In this document: piece by piece, positions 19,901 to 29,812 of the stretch
How the letters are laid out: each line of letters starts with the position of its first letter
How positions within the stretch are numbered: the first letter of the stretch is position 1
Assembly: GCA_046861385.1 (NCBI GenBank)
Contig: JBHHTW010000008.1
Location: 1 to 64,000, forward strand
Origin: Fidelibacterota bacterium
GTDB lineage: Bacteria > Fidelibacterota > Marinisomatia > Marinisomatales > TCS55
DNA: 64,000 nt
Direction of reading: 5' to 3'
The notes under the pieces: model-generated
The model's database searches: none
What the model was told of the DNA's origin: nothing
Seen by the model: only the letters and a program-made list of their open reading frames with translations
Made by a program: the position numbers and the translations under genes

Positions 19901-22159
19901 TTATTTCGCTTCGCTCATACTTTTCAATACCAATTCGGAGGTCAGGGGAATTTCATTCATCTGAATTCCCAATGCAGAACTCACTGCATTTGCAATGGCT
20001 CCGGCTGTTGGAATGATACTCGGCTCTCCGATTCCTTTTGCGCCCCAGGGACCTTTCGGTTCCGATTTTTCCACGATGGCTGTTTCTATTTCCGGACAAT
20101 CCAAAGCTGTCGGTAACAAATAAGTGGATAAATTTGGCGTAGCAACCACACCGCGATCCATTTTGAAATCTTCTGTTATAGCCCAGCCGACTCCCTGGGC
20201 TGATCCACCCTCGACCTGCCCTTCAATTCCAGCAGGATTGATGGCTTTGCCTACATCATGAGCCGCGAATATTTTGTCAACAAACACCTGACCTGTGAGC
20301 GTGTCCACGCGGACTTGTGCAATATGAGTTGCAAAAGAATATGAAAAATAGGCTTCACCAATCCCCGTTTCAGCGTCGTATTCTAATTTGGGTGTATGCC
20401 ACCATCCGGTAAATTCCATAAGAGCATTTGATTTATACAGATAATCACATAATTCACGAAATATGATTTCAGTACCAGATTGGTTATCAATCACTTTATC
20501 ATTTAAAATAGTGATATTCGATTTGTCGCAGCCTAATAATTCAGATGCAGCTTTCTTAAGTATCGGCAAGAGTTTATCTGCTGCATTGCGAATGGCGTTC
20601 CCTGTCATTACCACATTTCGGCTTGCCACGGCCGGACCGCTATCCGGAACTTTTGCTGTATCAGTCGGCAGGACCACAACTCGCTCAGGTAAAATGCCCA
20701 AAGCATCAGCAGTCATTTGTGTCACAACTGTTTCCGCTCCCTGTCCCATTTCGATCAGACCGTACGCAATATGTACTTCCCCTGATGGTTGAATTTTGAT
20801 AGTAACTCCCGATCCGTCCATATGCCAACCTGCTGCACCTAAGCAATTTCCATAATGAATCGTACTGATACCAAGTCCATGCTTATGCCGTCCGGATTGG
20901 TCTGGATTAAAGCTGGACCATTGGGCTAGTGTCGCGGCTTTATGAATCGTTTCTTCAGCTCCCACACTATTATTCAATATTTGGCCGGTCTGGGTCTCGG
21001 AACCGGATTTGACAATATTTTTTAACCGTAATTCAATCGGATCCATTTTTAGCTTTTCGGCAATAATATCCATCATTCTTTCATGACCAAAGGCAGCCTG
21101 TGGCGACCCGAATCCCCGAAAGGCACCTGTCGGTGGTAAATTGGTGTAATAAGAATTAGAGTCAACATGGATATTCGGGATAACGTAGGGTCCCATTGAC
21201 TGGGCACAAGACCGGTAGGAAACCACCGTGGAGAGGGTGGCGTAGGCACCGGCATTTTCTTCTAAAAGTATTTCTGCCGATACTAAGGTTCCATCTTTTT
21301 TGACACCCACTTTATAGTGCATTTGAAATGGATGTCGCTTGCTAGTAAGCTGCATGTCATCCGGGCGTGAGTAAACTATTTTCACCGGGCGGTTTATTTT
21401 GACTGCTGCCACCGCCGCACGGGCACACACTTCTGATGGAATATCCTCTTTTCCGCCGAAGGCACCACCTGTCGGAGCTTGTTCTACTAAAATGTGGTGG
21501 ACCGGCAAATGAAATATCCGTGCGATGGCCTTTTGAATATAAAAAGGACACTGAAGTGATCCGAGAACCTTTATTTTTCCATGTTCTTCCGGGGTAACAA
21601 TGCAAGCCTGTGGTTCTAAATAATAATGCTCCTGATAAGGCGTTTTAAACCGGGTGGTGATGATAAGGTCAGATTCAGAAAATCCCCGTTGAATATTTCC
21701 CTTCCTGACCCGGTGATGACAGGCCAGATTGGTTTCGTGAATAAAATTGTCTTTTGCATCTTTACTTTCATCAATAGACAAAAAAGGAGTTCTTTTATTA
21801 TAATTAATTTTTACCCGTTTTGCCGCTTCCCGGGCAGCTTCCGAAGTTTCAGCCACAACCAACCCAATACTGTCGCCAATGTAACGAATTGTTTTATCAG
21901 CAAACAACGGCTGGTCCGGTATAATGACTCCAACCTGGTTTTCACCCGGGATATCTTCGGCGGACACAAAATCAATAAAGCCAGGTACTTTCCTGGCGGC
22001 AGAAAGATCAATCCGGGTGAATTCACCAAAGGGAATGGAAGAATATACCGGTGCGCCATGGGCCACATTTTCTACAGAAATATCCGTTAGAAAACGGGTG
22101 TCTCCATTGGTTTTTCCAGCAGCATCAGGCCGCCGTAAAGATTTTCCGATTTGTCTCAA
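19901..22159 (-). CDS. xdhA: Xanthine dehydrogenase-family molybdopterin-binding subunit
   Basis: GGAFGGKED, AFRGFGSPQ, EMGQG, DSGPAVASR, GAKGIGEP; TTG start. Confidence 0.88.
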   Translation of the reverse strand: MRQIGKSLRRPDAAGKTNGDTRFLTDISVENVAHGAPVYSSIPFGEFTRIDLSAARKVPGFIDFVSAEDIPGENQVGVIIPDQPLFADKTIRYIGDSIGLVVAETSEAAREAAKRVKINYNKRTPFLSIDESKDAKDNFIHETNLACHHRVRKGNIQRGFSESDLIITTRFKTPYQEHYYLEPQACIVTPEEHGKIKVLGSLQCPFYIQKAIARIFHLPVHHILVEQAPTGGAFGGKEDIPSEVCARAAVAAVKINRPVKIVYSRPDDMQLTSKRHPFQMHYKVGVKKDGTLVSAEILLEENAGAYATLSTVVSYRSCAQSMGPYVIPNIHVDSNSYYTNLPPTGAFRGFGSPQAAFGHERMMDIIAEKLKMDPIELRLKNIVKSGSETQTGQILNNSVGAEETIHKAATLAQWSSFNPDQSGRHKHGLGISTIHYGNCLGAAGWHMDGSGVTIKIQPSGEVHIAYGLIEMGQGAETVVTQMTADALGILPERVVVLPTDTAKVPDSGPAVASRNVVMTGNAIRNAADKLLPILKKAASELLGCDKSNITILNDKVIDNQSGTEIIFRELCDYLYKSNALMEFTGWWHTPKLEYDAETGIGEAYFSYSFATHIAQVRVDTLTGQVFVDKIFAAHDVGKAINPAGIEGQVEGGSAQGVGWAITEDFKMDRGVVATPNLSTYLLPTALDCPEIETAIVEKSEPKGPWGAKGIGEPSIIPTAGAIANAVSSALGIQMNEIPLTSELVLKSMSEAK

Positions 22160-22249
22160 TTTTACAATTCTAATCTAATGTTTTTATCAAGGAATATTTT
22201 CAAAATCAAAAGTGATTAGCGATTTTAATAATAAAATATATCTTATTCT

Positions 22250-22283
22250 GCATAGTATGTAGAGAATTTTCGACATGCTATGC
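22250..22283. promoter_or_regulatory. 34-bp imperfect palindrome, candidate operator of the purine operon
   Basis: GCATAGTATGTAGAGAATTTTCGACATGCTATGC matches its reverse complement at 28/34 positions and abuts a TATAAT. Confidence 0.55.
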
Positions 22284-22313
22284 ATTATACCGGACTTGAC
22301 TTCCCACGAGCAA
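22284..22313 (-). promoter_or_regulatory. Putative sigma70-like promoter TTGCTC-N18-TATAAT for the xdhA operon
   Basis: attata at 22284-22289 and gagcaa at 22308-22313, read on the minus strand. Confidence 0.45.
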
Positions 22314-22421
22314 GGCGAGTGGGGTGTTAATAACGGTAGTATATACAAGAGCAAAGCGAGTGAGAATTTAAGAACAGTAGTCGCCCATTAACTAAGCGAA
22401 ATATGGATTAACAACAGCAGT
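22301..22421. repeat. Three degenerate ~40-bp tandem units, REP-like
   Basis: Units 1 and 2 share GAGCAA(G/A)GCGAGTG; all three end TTAAnAAC(G/A)G(T/C)AGT. Unit 1 contains the hairpin CCCAC...GTGGG. Confidence 0.55.
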
Positions 22422-22466
22422 CCCAAGTATTAAATCAAAATATTTATATTTGCATTCACTGGCAAA

Positions 22467-24089
22467 TCACCCGGTAAACAAAGATGTAAATTCAAACGAT
22501 TTTCCATCAAACAGTCCCTGATCGCTTAATTTCAAATCGGGGATAACCAGCAGAGCCATGAAAGATAATGTCATAAATGGAGCGGTCAATTCTGATCCCA
22601 TTTCTTTGGCCATTTGATCCAGTTTGGCGTATTGTCTGCCCACCTCATAACCATCTCCATCTGTCATGATCCCTGCTACAGGTAATGGTATGATAAGTTG
22701 CTGATCCCCGTGGACGGCACACACGCCGCCCTGATATTTGATTACCAGATTAACTGCTTCACAAAGGTCCGCGTCCGTAGCGCCTACTGCAACGATATTA
22801 TGGGAATCATGGGCAACGGAAGAAGCAATGGCACCTGTTTTTAACCCGAAATTCCGAATAAATGCAACAGCTGGTTTCTGGTTTTCATAGCGATTAATAA
22901 CGGTGATTTTTAACAGGTCTCTGTCGATATCCTGCACAACATGGCCATGGTGTATTTTAGGATTTTCCAGTGATATTTTGGTAATTAATTGCCCGTCGAT
23001 CACATCCATAATCCTCAGTTTGCCCTTGCCGACAGGGACTGTAAAATCATCAACTGATTTTTCCTGCGCCTCAAAAACATTAACTTTATTCACCGATTGG
23101 GTTGCAATCAGCGGATGTCCCATTTCGGCGATTTTTTCGCCGTTGACAATAGTGGATAACACATTCATGTTTTCCAAATTATCAATAATGATGAAATCAG
23201 CTGAATCGCCCTGTTGTAATAATCCAACATCTAAACCATAATGTTTAGCAGCCGTGACACAGGCAGCCCTGAGAATATTGAATAGGTCGTGTCCCCCGCG
23301 TTTTGCCCTTAATACCCAATCACGCACATGGCTTTCCACCAAATCATCGGGGTGGCGATCATCGCTGCAAAGCATTACTTTTCCAGGGAATTCATCAATC
23401 AACGGCATCAGGTCATCCAGATTTTTGGCCGCCGATCCTTCTCTGATCTGGACTGTCATACCATAGGCTATTTTCTCTCTGGCTTCTTCAATCGTAACAC
23501 ATTCATGATCGGTTGTGATTCCGGATTTCACATACTTTTTTGCATCTTCCCCTCGCAGCTCAGGGGAATGTCCATCCACATTTTTCCCATATTTCCTGGC
23601 AAGATTTAATTTTTCTATTTCCCCGGGGGCATCATTCAAAACGCCGGGGACGTTCATCATTTCTGACAAATATAAAATATCCTTTTTCTGAAACAATGAT
23701 TCTAACTCTCTGGGGGTAAAGTTTGCTCCTGCTGTTTCAAATGGTGTGGCCGGGACACACGCCGGCGCACCGAAATAAAACTTAAAGGGAACCGTCGATG
23801 CATTTTCCATCATGAATTCTACACCTTTAATTCCAAGAACATTGGCAATCTCGTGGGGATCGGACACAGTTGCCACCGTTCCATGGACCGAAGCAAGCCG
23901 TGCAAATTCTGAAGGAATCAGCATGGAGCTCTCTATATGGATATGTCCGTCAATAAAACCGGGGAGTATAAACTGATTATCGGCAGTTTTAACCTTTTCA
24001 ATCGCTTGAATGACGCCATCTTTCACTTTGATTGCTCCCGGGAAAATGGACCGGTTGACTACATCAACTATGTTACCGCTGTATTTCAT
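22467..24089 (-). CDS. ade: Adenine deaminase
   Basis: PGFIDGHIHIESS, DPHEIANV, DGHSP, TDHEC, REGSAAKN, SDDRH, SVAHDSHN. Start taken at MKYSGNIVD (the ORF track starts at 24104). Confidence 0.92.
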   Translation of the reverse strand: MKYSGNIVDVVNRSIFPGAIKVKDGVIQAIEKVKTADNQFILPGFIDGHIHIESSMLIPSEFARLASVHGTVATVSDPHEIANVLGIKGVEFMMENASTVPFKFYFGAPACVPATPFETAGANFTPRELESLFQKKDILYLSEMMNVPGVLNDAPGEIEKLNLARKYGKNVDGHSPELRGEDAKKYVKSGITTDHECVTIEEAREKIAYGMTVQIREGSAAKNLDDLMPLIDEFPGKVMLCSDDRHPDDLVESHVRDWVLRAKRGGHDLFNILRAACVTAAKHYGLDVGLLQQGDSADFIIIDNLENMNVLSTIVNGEKIAEMGHPLIATQSVNKVNVFEAQEKSVDDFTVPVGKGKLRIMDVIDGQLITKISLENPKIHHGHVVQDIDRDLLKITVINRYENQKPAVAFIRNFGLKTGAIASSVAHDSHNIVAVGATDADLCEAVNLVIKYQGGVCAVHGDQQLIIPLPVAGIMTDGDGYEVGRQYAKLDQMAKEMGSELTAPFMTLSFMALLVIPDLKLSDQGLFDGKSFEFTSLFTG

Positions 24090-24204
24090 TTCGTTTTTCA
24101 CCAATTGTTCTTTAATTCTTTTTTGTAAATAACCATTCTCAATCGTCTTATTCCATTGCGTAATTTATGAACATATTGGTTAATTTAATTCCTCGAAACC
24201 GCCT

Positions 24205-24954
24205 ATGCCACGATCACAATCATTTCTGAATATTTTACCCGAAGAGTCCAAAGACAATCCAAAACTGTGTATTGCATTATTGGGTGGCGGTGGAAAAACA
24301 TCATTAATGTTTCAGTTGGGTGACGAATTTGCCCATCAAAACAAACATACCTTATTGACTTCTATTACCAAAGCGGGACCACCCCAAAATGTCCCAATGA
24401 CATTGATTGGTGCGAACGGAAATATTTCTCTACCCCAATTGTTCGACCTTCAAAATCCTATCTATCTTCTATCGGAACAAATAGAAGAGAATAAATACAA
24501 AGGGATTTCCCCCGCGCAATTGGAATCCTTTCTGCCGGAAGCAGATGTAACGATTTTTGAGTGTGATGGCTCGAGGAATTTACCCCTCAAGGCACATAGT
24601 GAATGGGATCCCATGGTACCGGATTTTGCATCCTGTGTGATTATTATCATCGGAGCCGATGTAATTCATTCAAAAATAAGTGAGGGAAAAATTCACCGGC
24701 CCGAGTTATTCAAATCTCTCTGGCATATAGACAATACGACTACAATTGACGTTGAACTCGTTTCTGAAATAGTCACAAATCATAAAGGATATTTATCAAA
24801 AATACCAGAACCTGTTTCCAAAATTTATTTTGTGAATAAAGCAGATGCTCATCCAGAAGAGGCTCACTCGCTTGGAGAAAGTATTTCTTTAAACACCTCA
24901 TCGCCTGTTTATTTCGGCAGCGTGAAAAAAACTTGGTGGGAGCAGATTTCGTGA
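24205..24954 (+). CDS. yqeC: Selenium-dependent hydroxylase accessory protein YqeC
   Basis: GGGGKTSLM, ECDGSRNLPLKAH..WDP, IHRPELF, NKAD. Confidence 0.82.
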   Translation: MPRSQSFLNILPEESKDNPKLCIALLGGGGKTSLMFQLGDEFAHQNKHTLLTSITKAGPPQNVPMTLIGANGNISLPQLFDLQNPIYLLSEQIEENKYKGISPAQLESFLPEADVTIFECDGSRNLPLKAHSEWDPMVPDFASCVIIIIGADVIHSKISEGKIHRPELFKSLWHIDNTTTIDVELVSEIVTNHKGYLSKIPEPVSKIYFVNKADAHPEEAHSLGESISLNTSSPVYFGSVKKTWWEQIS

Positions 24955-25535
24955 AAATTTCCATGATTATCCCCGCTGCCGGATTGTCCAAAAGACATCC
25001 TCCCAATAAATTACTGGATAAGATTGGCGGTAAAACAGTTATTATGAAAACAATTGAATCACTTCTTAATCATAATTTTGAAATCTTTCTTATTACTGGA
25101 CATGATTATGAAAGGATGAATGAAGTGATTCCTTTATCTATCAAAAAACAGATTAAAATCATTAAGAATAATCAATATCAAGATGGATTATCTGAATCCA
25201 TAAAAAAAGGTGTTAATTCAGTAACAGAAGATTGCGATTATTTTGGGTTTTGCTTGGGCGATAAGCCATTCATTCAAAAAGAAACAATTGATACAATGGT
25301 GAATAAATTAGAAAAAGAAAGGCCAAAAATTTTAGTTCCAACATTTAATGGTTTTATTGGCCACCCGGCGTTTTTTTCCCAAAATTACCGCGATGAATTA
25401 TTAAACATTTCCGGTGATTCCGGCGGTAGGGAAGTATTGAATTCATATGATTCTGATGTAATATATTTTCCGGTTCTTGACCGCGGAATCATTTTAGATA
25501 TGGACACCTATTACAATGAACAAAATGATAATTGA
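24951..25535 (+). CDS. mocA: Molybdenum cofactor cytidylyltransferase (MocA/YgfJ)
   Basis: IIPAAGLSKR..NKLL, LGDKPF, GHPAFF, GDSGGR, DMD. GTG start overlaps the yqeC stop (GTGA). Confidence 0.82.
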   Translation: MKISMIIPAAGLSKRHPPNKLLDKIGGKTVIMKTIESLLNHNFEIFLITGHDYERMNEVIPLSIKKQIKIIKNNQYQDGLSESIKKGVNSVTEDCDYFGFCLGDKPFIQKETIDTMVNKLEKERPKILVPTFNGFIGHPAFFSQNYRDELLNISGDSGGREVLNSYDSDVIYFPVLDRGIILDMDTYYNEQNDN

Positions 25536-26331
25536 TCCACACATATTGATCTGGATTCGAGGAGCAGGAGAAATTGGCAGCGCAACCGCCGTCTCACTAA
25601 CCAAAGCAGGATTTAAAGTCGTTATCAGTGAAATTAATCCTCCACTGGCCATACGTCGAACTGTGACCTTCAGTGATGCAGTAATAGACGGAGATACATC
25701 CGTTGTTGGAATTCAAGTCAAATTGCAAACATTAGAACAATATCGGAATCAGGACACAAGAGGTTTCATTCCATTATTCATCGATGATCCAAATCAAATT
25801 CTTTCCTTAAAACCATCGATTATAATCGATGCCCGGATGATCAAATCCTATAATGAAGATTACCGGGGATGGGCTAACCATGTTATTGGATTTGGTCCAG
25901 GGTTTTCTGCTAATCAAAATTGCCATACTGTTATTGAAACGATGCGAGGTCACAACCTCGGAAAAATCATTTCTGTAGGCGAACCAATGAAAAATACCGA
26001 TATCCCTGGAATCATTGGCGGCGAATCAAATCGTCGTGTACTTTATGCATCTAATAAAGGCAAACTGGAATGGGACGTAGATTTTGGAGATATAATTGAA
26101 GAAAAGCAACGACTTGGTACCATCGACAATACAATTGAAATTCTTGCCCCTTTTTCCGGAATGGTTCGCGGATTGATTCATCCGGCAGTTCCCATGAAAC
26201 CAGGCCTAAAAATTGCAGATGTGGATCCAAGAGGAAAGGAAATCGATTTTACCTCTCTTTCTGATAAATCAAGGAGCCTGGGGAGGGCGGCTTTGGAAGC
26301 AATCATGATTTTTATAGCAAATGATTCATAA
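25516..26331 (+). CDS. yqeB: Selenium-dependent molybdenum hydroxylase system protein YqeB
   Basis: IRGAGEIGS, PLAIRRTVTF, GFGPGF, ETMRGHNLG, RGLIH, KIADVDPRG, SDKSRSLG. Confidence 0.88.
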   Translation: MNKMIIDPHILIWIRGAGEIGSATAVSLTKAGFKVVISEINPPLAIRRTVTFSDAVIDGDTSVVGIQVKLQTLEQYRNQDTRGFIPLFIDDPNQILSLKPSIIIDARMIKSYNEDYRGWANHVIGFGPGFSANQNCHTVIETMRGHNLGKIISVGEPMKNTDIPGIIGGESNRRVLYASNKGKLEWDVDFGDIIEEKQRLGTIDNTIEILAPFSGMVRGLIHPAVPMKPGLKIADVDPRGKEIDFTSLSDKSRSLGRAALEAIMIFIANDS

Positions 26332-26393
26332 TTTAATATTACCTAAATTGAGATGAAAAATTGCACTCTCCAAATTCAAAACCCCTCTTTTAT

Positions 26394-26415
26394 TCTCCCC
26401 TTATTAAAGGGGAGA
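26394..26415. repeat. REP-like palindrome
   Basis: TCTCCCCTT-ATTA-AAGGGGAGA in the yqeB-xdhC spacer. Confidence 0.55.
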
Positions 26416-26458
26416 TTTTAAAAGGATTCAAATCTATGTCAGCAAAATTAATAGTCTA

Positions 26459-27460
26459 ATGGAAAACAGATTTTACCAAAAACTCATTGAATATGATTTC
26501 AGTGAGCCCTGCGCTCTCTGCACCGTTATGGAGTGGAAGGGGTCTGTCCCACGAAAAGATTATCCCATGATGTTAGTGTGCAAATCAGGGAAGATCGTTG
26601 GAACAATCGGTGGTGGCACTATGGAAAAAAATGTGATAGAACTGGCCATGAGTTCACTGGAAAATAACCAAACGGCACTGGAGTCCTTTGATTTTACAAA
26701 TGATGATTTATCTAAAGATGGGGGACTTTGTGGTGGGACGGTCAAAGTAGCTGTGGAGCCCTATACTGAAGAAGTTCAATCTTTCTGGTCCGGGCTGATC
26801 GATCAAAATGAAGGACAGGCGTGGTTGACCACTTATCATTTTAAAACAAAGGAAATTACCAGATATGCTCTGAATTCTGGTCAATTACCCTCAAACATTC
26901 AAATAGCTCAATTAGTGAAAGAAAAGAATAACAGAACGCTTCTTTCTAATGATGCAATTCGTCTTTTTCGCTATGTGGCTCCTGATCCCGTTCTTCACAT
27001 TTTTGGTGGAGGTCATGTGGGAAAAGCAGTTGGGGAACTGGCCCTCTTTGTTGATTTAAATATTACGGTTCATGATGACAGGAAATCCTTTGTTAGCAAA
27101 GAAAGATTTCCAAACGCCTTATCCCGTTCGTTTGAACCTATAACTGCAATAATTGAAGGGGGCGCTCTTCAATCGTCAGATATGGCTTTGGTAGCAACCC
27201 GGGGACACCATCATGACTTAACACTCATTAGATGGCTTCTTAATTCAAAAGCAGGATGGATTGGACTGATAAGCAGCAAACGAAAATGGAAACTCCTTTA
27301 CCAAGGCCTGGAAGAAGAAGGGTTTACTCCAAAAGATTTAGATCGGGTTCAAGCCCCTGTGGGCTTGGATATCCACGCGCAAACTGTTCCGGAGATTGCA
27401 GTGAGTATTATTGGGGAGATAATTAATTATTTGCGAAAAACAAAAAAAAGGCGTAGTTAG
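26459..27460 (+). CDS. XdhC/CoxI family Moco insertion chaperone
   Basis: GSVPR, GTIGGG, GLCGG, FGGGHVG, TRGHHHD, APVGLDIHAQTVPEIAVSI. Confidence 0.9.
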   Translation: MENRFYQKLIEYDFSEPCALCTVMEWKGSVPRKDYPMMLVCKSGKIVGTIGGGTMEKNVIELAMSSLENNQTALESFDFTNDDLSKDGGLCGGTVKVAVEPYTEEVQSFWSGLIDQNEGQAWLTTYHFKTKEITRYALNSGQLPSNIQIAQLVKEKNNRTLLSNDAIRLFRYVAPDPVLHIFGGGHVGKAVGELALFVDLNITVHDDRKSFVSKERFPNALSRSFEPITAIIEGGALQSSDMALVATRGHHHDLTLIRWLLNSKAGWIGLISSKRKWKLLYQGLEEEGFTPKDLDRVQAPVGLDIHAQTVPEIAVSIIGEIINYLRKTKKRRS

Positions 27461-27527
27461 TTTGATATTTTAAATCGGTAAAAAATCCAACTAATTTCAA
27501 TTGTTTACAGTATTATGTTAAAAAAAT

Positions 27528-27737
27528 GACATACCATCCCACAGGCATGGTCAGCCATTCAAGATGGCAGGGAAATCCCGCCTGTCTGCCAAAGTGAAAC
27601 GTCGGACAGGTAGGGATGAAATATCTAGGCTATATTCTACAACCTTACTGAATTAGACATAATAAAACTATTCAACACCTAACGGCGTTGGCAGTAAGAT
27701 ATCATTATAGTTTATAGACATACAACTCCTACAGAGT
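27528..27737. repeat. Cluster of degenerate and nested REP-like palindromes
   Basis: CCATCCCACAGGCATGG; ATCCCG[CCTGTCTGCC..GTCGGACAGG]TAGGGAT; CAACACCTAACGGCGTTG; ACTCCTACAGAGT. All lie between convergent genes. Confidence 0.5.
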
Positions 27738-27764
27738 ACGAAACAATATTATGTTGTACAATGT

Positions 27765-29702
27765 CTATATTGATCCAGTGACCAGATTTTCAACAACCGT
27801 TGGGTCAGCCAATGTTGAAATGTCTCCCAGATTACTGGTATCTCCTTCTGCAATTTTTCTCAAAATACGCCGCATAATTTTCCCTGAACGAGTTTTGGGT
27901 AAAGCATTTGTAAACTGAATCTTATCCGGTTTTGCGTGGGGACCGATCTCTGTTGTCACTGAAGCCCTAATTTTATTTTCAACCTCATTTGAATTTTCGA
28001 CACCAGTCATGAGTGTCACAAAAGCATAAATACCTTGTCCTTTAATATCGTGAGGGAAGCCCACAACAGCAGCTTCTGCCACTCCATTAGCTTTGCCGAT
28101 AGCCCCTTCTACTTCCGCCGTGCCGATGCGATGGCCTGAAACATTTAATACATCGTCCACACGGCCGGTGATCCAGTAATATCCATCCTCATCCCGGCGT
28201 GCACCGTCCCCGGTGAAATAATATCCCGGGAATTGGGAAAAGTAGGTTTCAAAAAAGCGCTTATGGTCACCATAGAGTGTTCGCATTTGTCCCGGCCAGG
28301 ATGTTTTTATAGCCAGCAAACCGGAAACATCATTCCCTTCAATTGCTTCCCCCTCTTCTGTTAGCAAAACAGGCTCAACTCCGAAAAATGGAAATGTTGC
28401 TGACCCGGGCTTAATGGGGGTGGCGCCGGGGAGCGGTGTTATGAGGATCCCTCCTGTCTCAGTTTGCCACCAGGTATCTACAATGGGGCATTTCCCTTTC
28501 CCCACAATATTATAATACCACATCCATTCAGGCTCTTTGATGGGTTCTCCAACGGTGCCCAGTAGACGAAGTGAAGACAGATCTCGGTTGGTGACAAATT
28601 CATTGCCCTCTTTCATTAATGCACGTAATGCGGTCGGAGCTGTATAAAACAAGGTGATTTTATGTTTATCCACAATGTCCCAGAAACGTCCATAGTCCGG
28701 ATAGTTGGGCACACCTTCAAACATAACGGACGTTGCGCCATTTGCCAAGGGTCCATACACAATGTAAGAATGACCTGTAATCCAGCCGATGTCTGCCGTG
28801 CACCAATAAATATCTTCTTCATGATAATCAAAGATAAGTTCGTGAGTATAACTCGTGTAAACCAAATATCCACCGGTTGTGTGAAGGACGCCTTTTGGCT
28901 TTCCCGTTGATCCTGATGTGTATAATATAAATAAGGGATCTTCAGCATCCATTTCTTCCGGTTTGCAAACTGAGTCCGCTTTTTCCATTTCTTCATGCCA
29001 CCAAATATCCCTTTCCATAACCATATCAACCGATTCTCCTGTTCTTTTTACGACAATAACTTTCATTATGGATGGCGTCTGGGACACCGCTTTGTCTGCC
29101 TTGGTTTTCATGGAAATATTTTGCTTCATCCCCCGAACGCCGGTGTCTTGGGTAATAAGCACTTTACATTGTGAATCGTTGATTCGATCCCTTAAAGAAT
29201 CAGCGCTGAATGCTCCGAACACAATGGAATGGACAGCGCCAATTCTGGCACAGGCCAGCATCGCGACTGGTAATTGTGGAATCATTTGCATATAAATACA
29301 TACCCTATCTCCCTTCTCCACGCCGTTGTTTTTTAATACATTGGCAAATTTTTGTACTTCCTCCAGTAATTCTCCGTATGAATAAGACCGGTCTTCTTCT
29401 GGATTGTTTCCCTCCCAAATAAGAGCTGTTTTATCGCCCCGGCCTGCTTCAACTTGACGGTCTAAACAATTATAACTCACATTGAGTTTTCCTTCGGAAA
29501 ACCATTTAATATCTGCCTTGTGAAAGTCAATATCACTTACTGAATTCCATTTCTTGTACCAGGTAATCCGTTCTGCATGCTCACCCCAAAACGTATCTGG
29601 ATCCTGAATCGATTTATTATATATCTCCCGGTATTCATCTTGAGATTGAATCCATGCGTTATCCGAGAAATTTTTCGCCGGTAAAAATTGCTTAATAGAC
29701 AT
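27765..29702 (-). CDS. acs: Acetyl-CoA synthetase (AMP-forming)
   Basis: [46 protein letters not shown]. Start taken at MSIKQF, which has AAAGG upstream. Confidence 0.95.
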   Translation of the reverse strand: MSIKQFLPAKNFSDNAWIQSQDEYREIYNKSIQDPDTFWGEHAERITWYKKWNSVSDIDFHKADIKWFSEGKLNVSYNCLDRQVEAGRGDKTALIWEGNNPEEDRSYSYGELLEEVQKFANVLKNNGVEKGDRVCIYMQMIPQLPVAMLACARIGAVHSIVFGAFSADSLRDRINDSQCKVLITQDTGVRGMKQNISMKTKADKAVSQTPSIMKVIVVKRTGESVDMVMERDIWWHEEMEKADSVCKPEEMDAEDPLFILYTSGSTGKPKGVLHTTGGYLVYTSYTHELIFDYHEEDIYWCTADIGWITGHSYIVYGPLANGATSVMFEGVPNYPDYGRFWDIVDKHKITLFYTAPTALRALMKEGNEFVTNRDLSSLRLLGTVGEPIKEPEWMWYYNIVGKGKCPIVDTWWQTETGGILITPLPGATPIKPGSATFPFFGVEPVLLTEEGEAIEGNDVSGLLAIKTSWPGQMRTLYGDHKRFFETYFSQFPGYYFTGDGARRDEDGYYWITGRVDDVLNVSGHRIGTAEVEGAIGKANGVAEAAVVGFPHDIKGQGIYAFVTLMTGVENSNEVENKIRASVTTEIGPHAKPDKIQFTNALPKTRSGKIMRRILRKIAEGDTSNLGDISTLADPTVVENLVTGSI

Positions 29703-29812
29703 GTTGTTTCCTTTCAATAAAACTTTATGGAATAATTTTTATAGAATTAATTTAACAAATAATTAGGATGAATTAGTCCAATCTGTTTTATCTATAAATT
29801 TCAGTTTTAACA

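Noticed and set aside
22160-22300. Purine riboswitch upstream of xdhA
   Set aside because: No purine-aptamer consensus recognised, and the palindrome straddles the predicted TSS, which fits a DNA site better. An Rfam scan would settle it.
22301-22421. Possible mini-CRISPR
   Set aside because: Units are contiguous and degenerate, with no repeat-spacer alternation.
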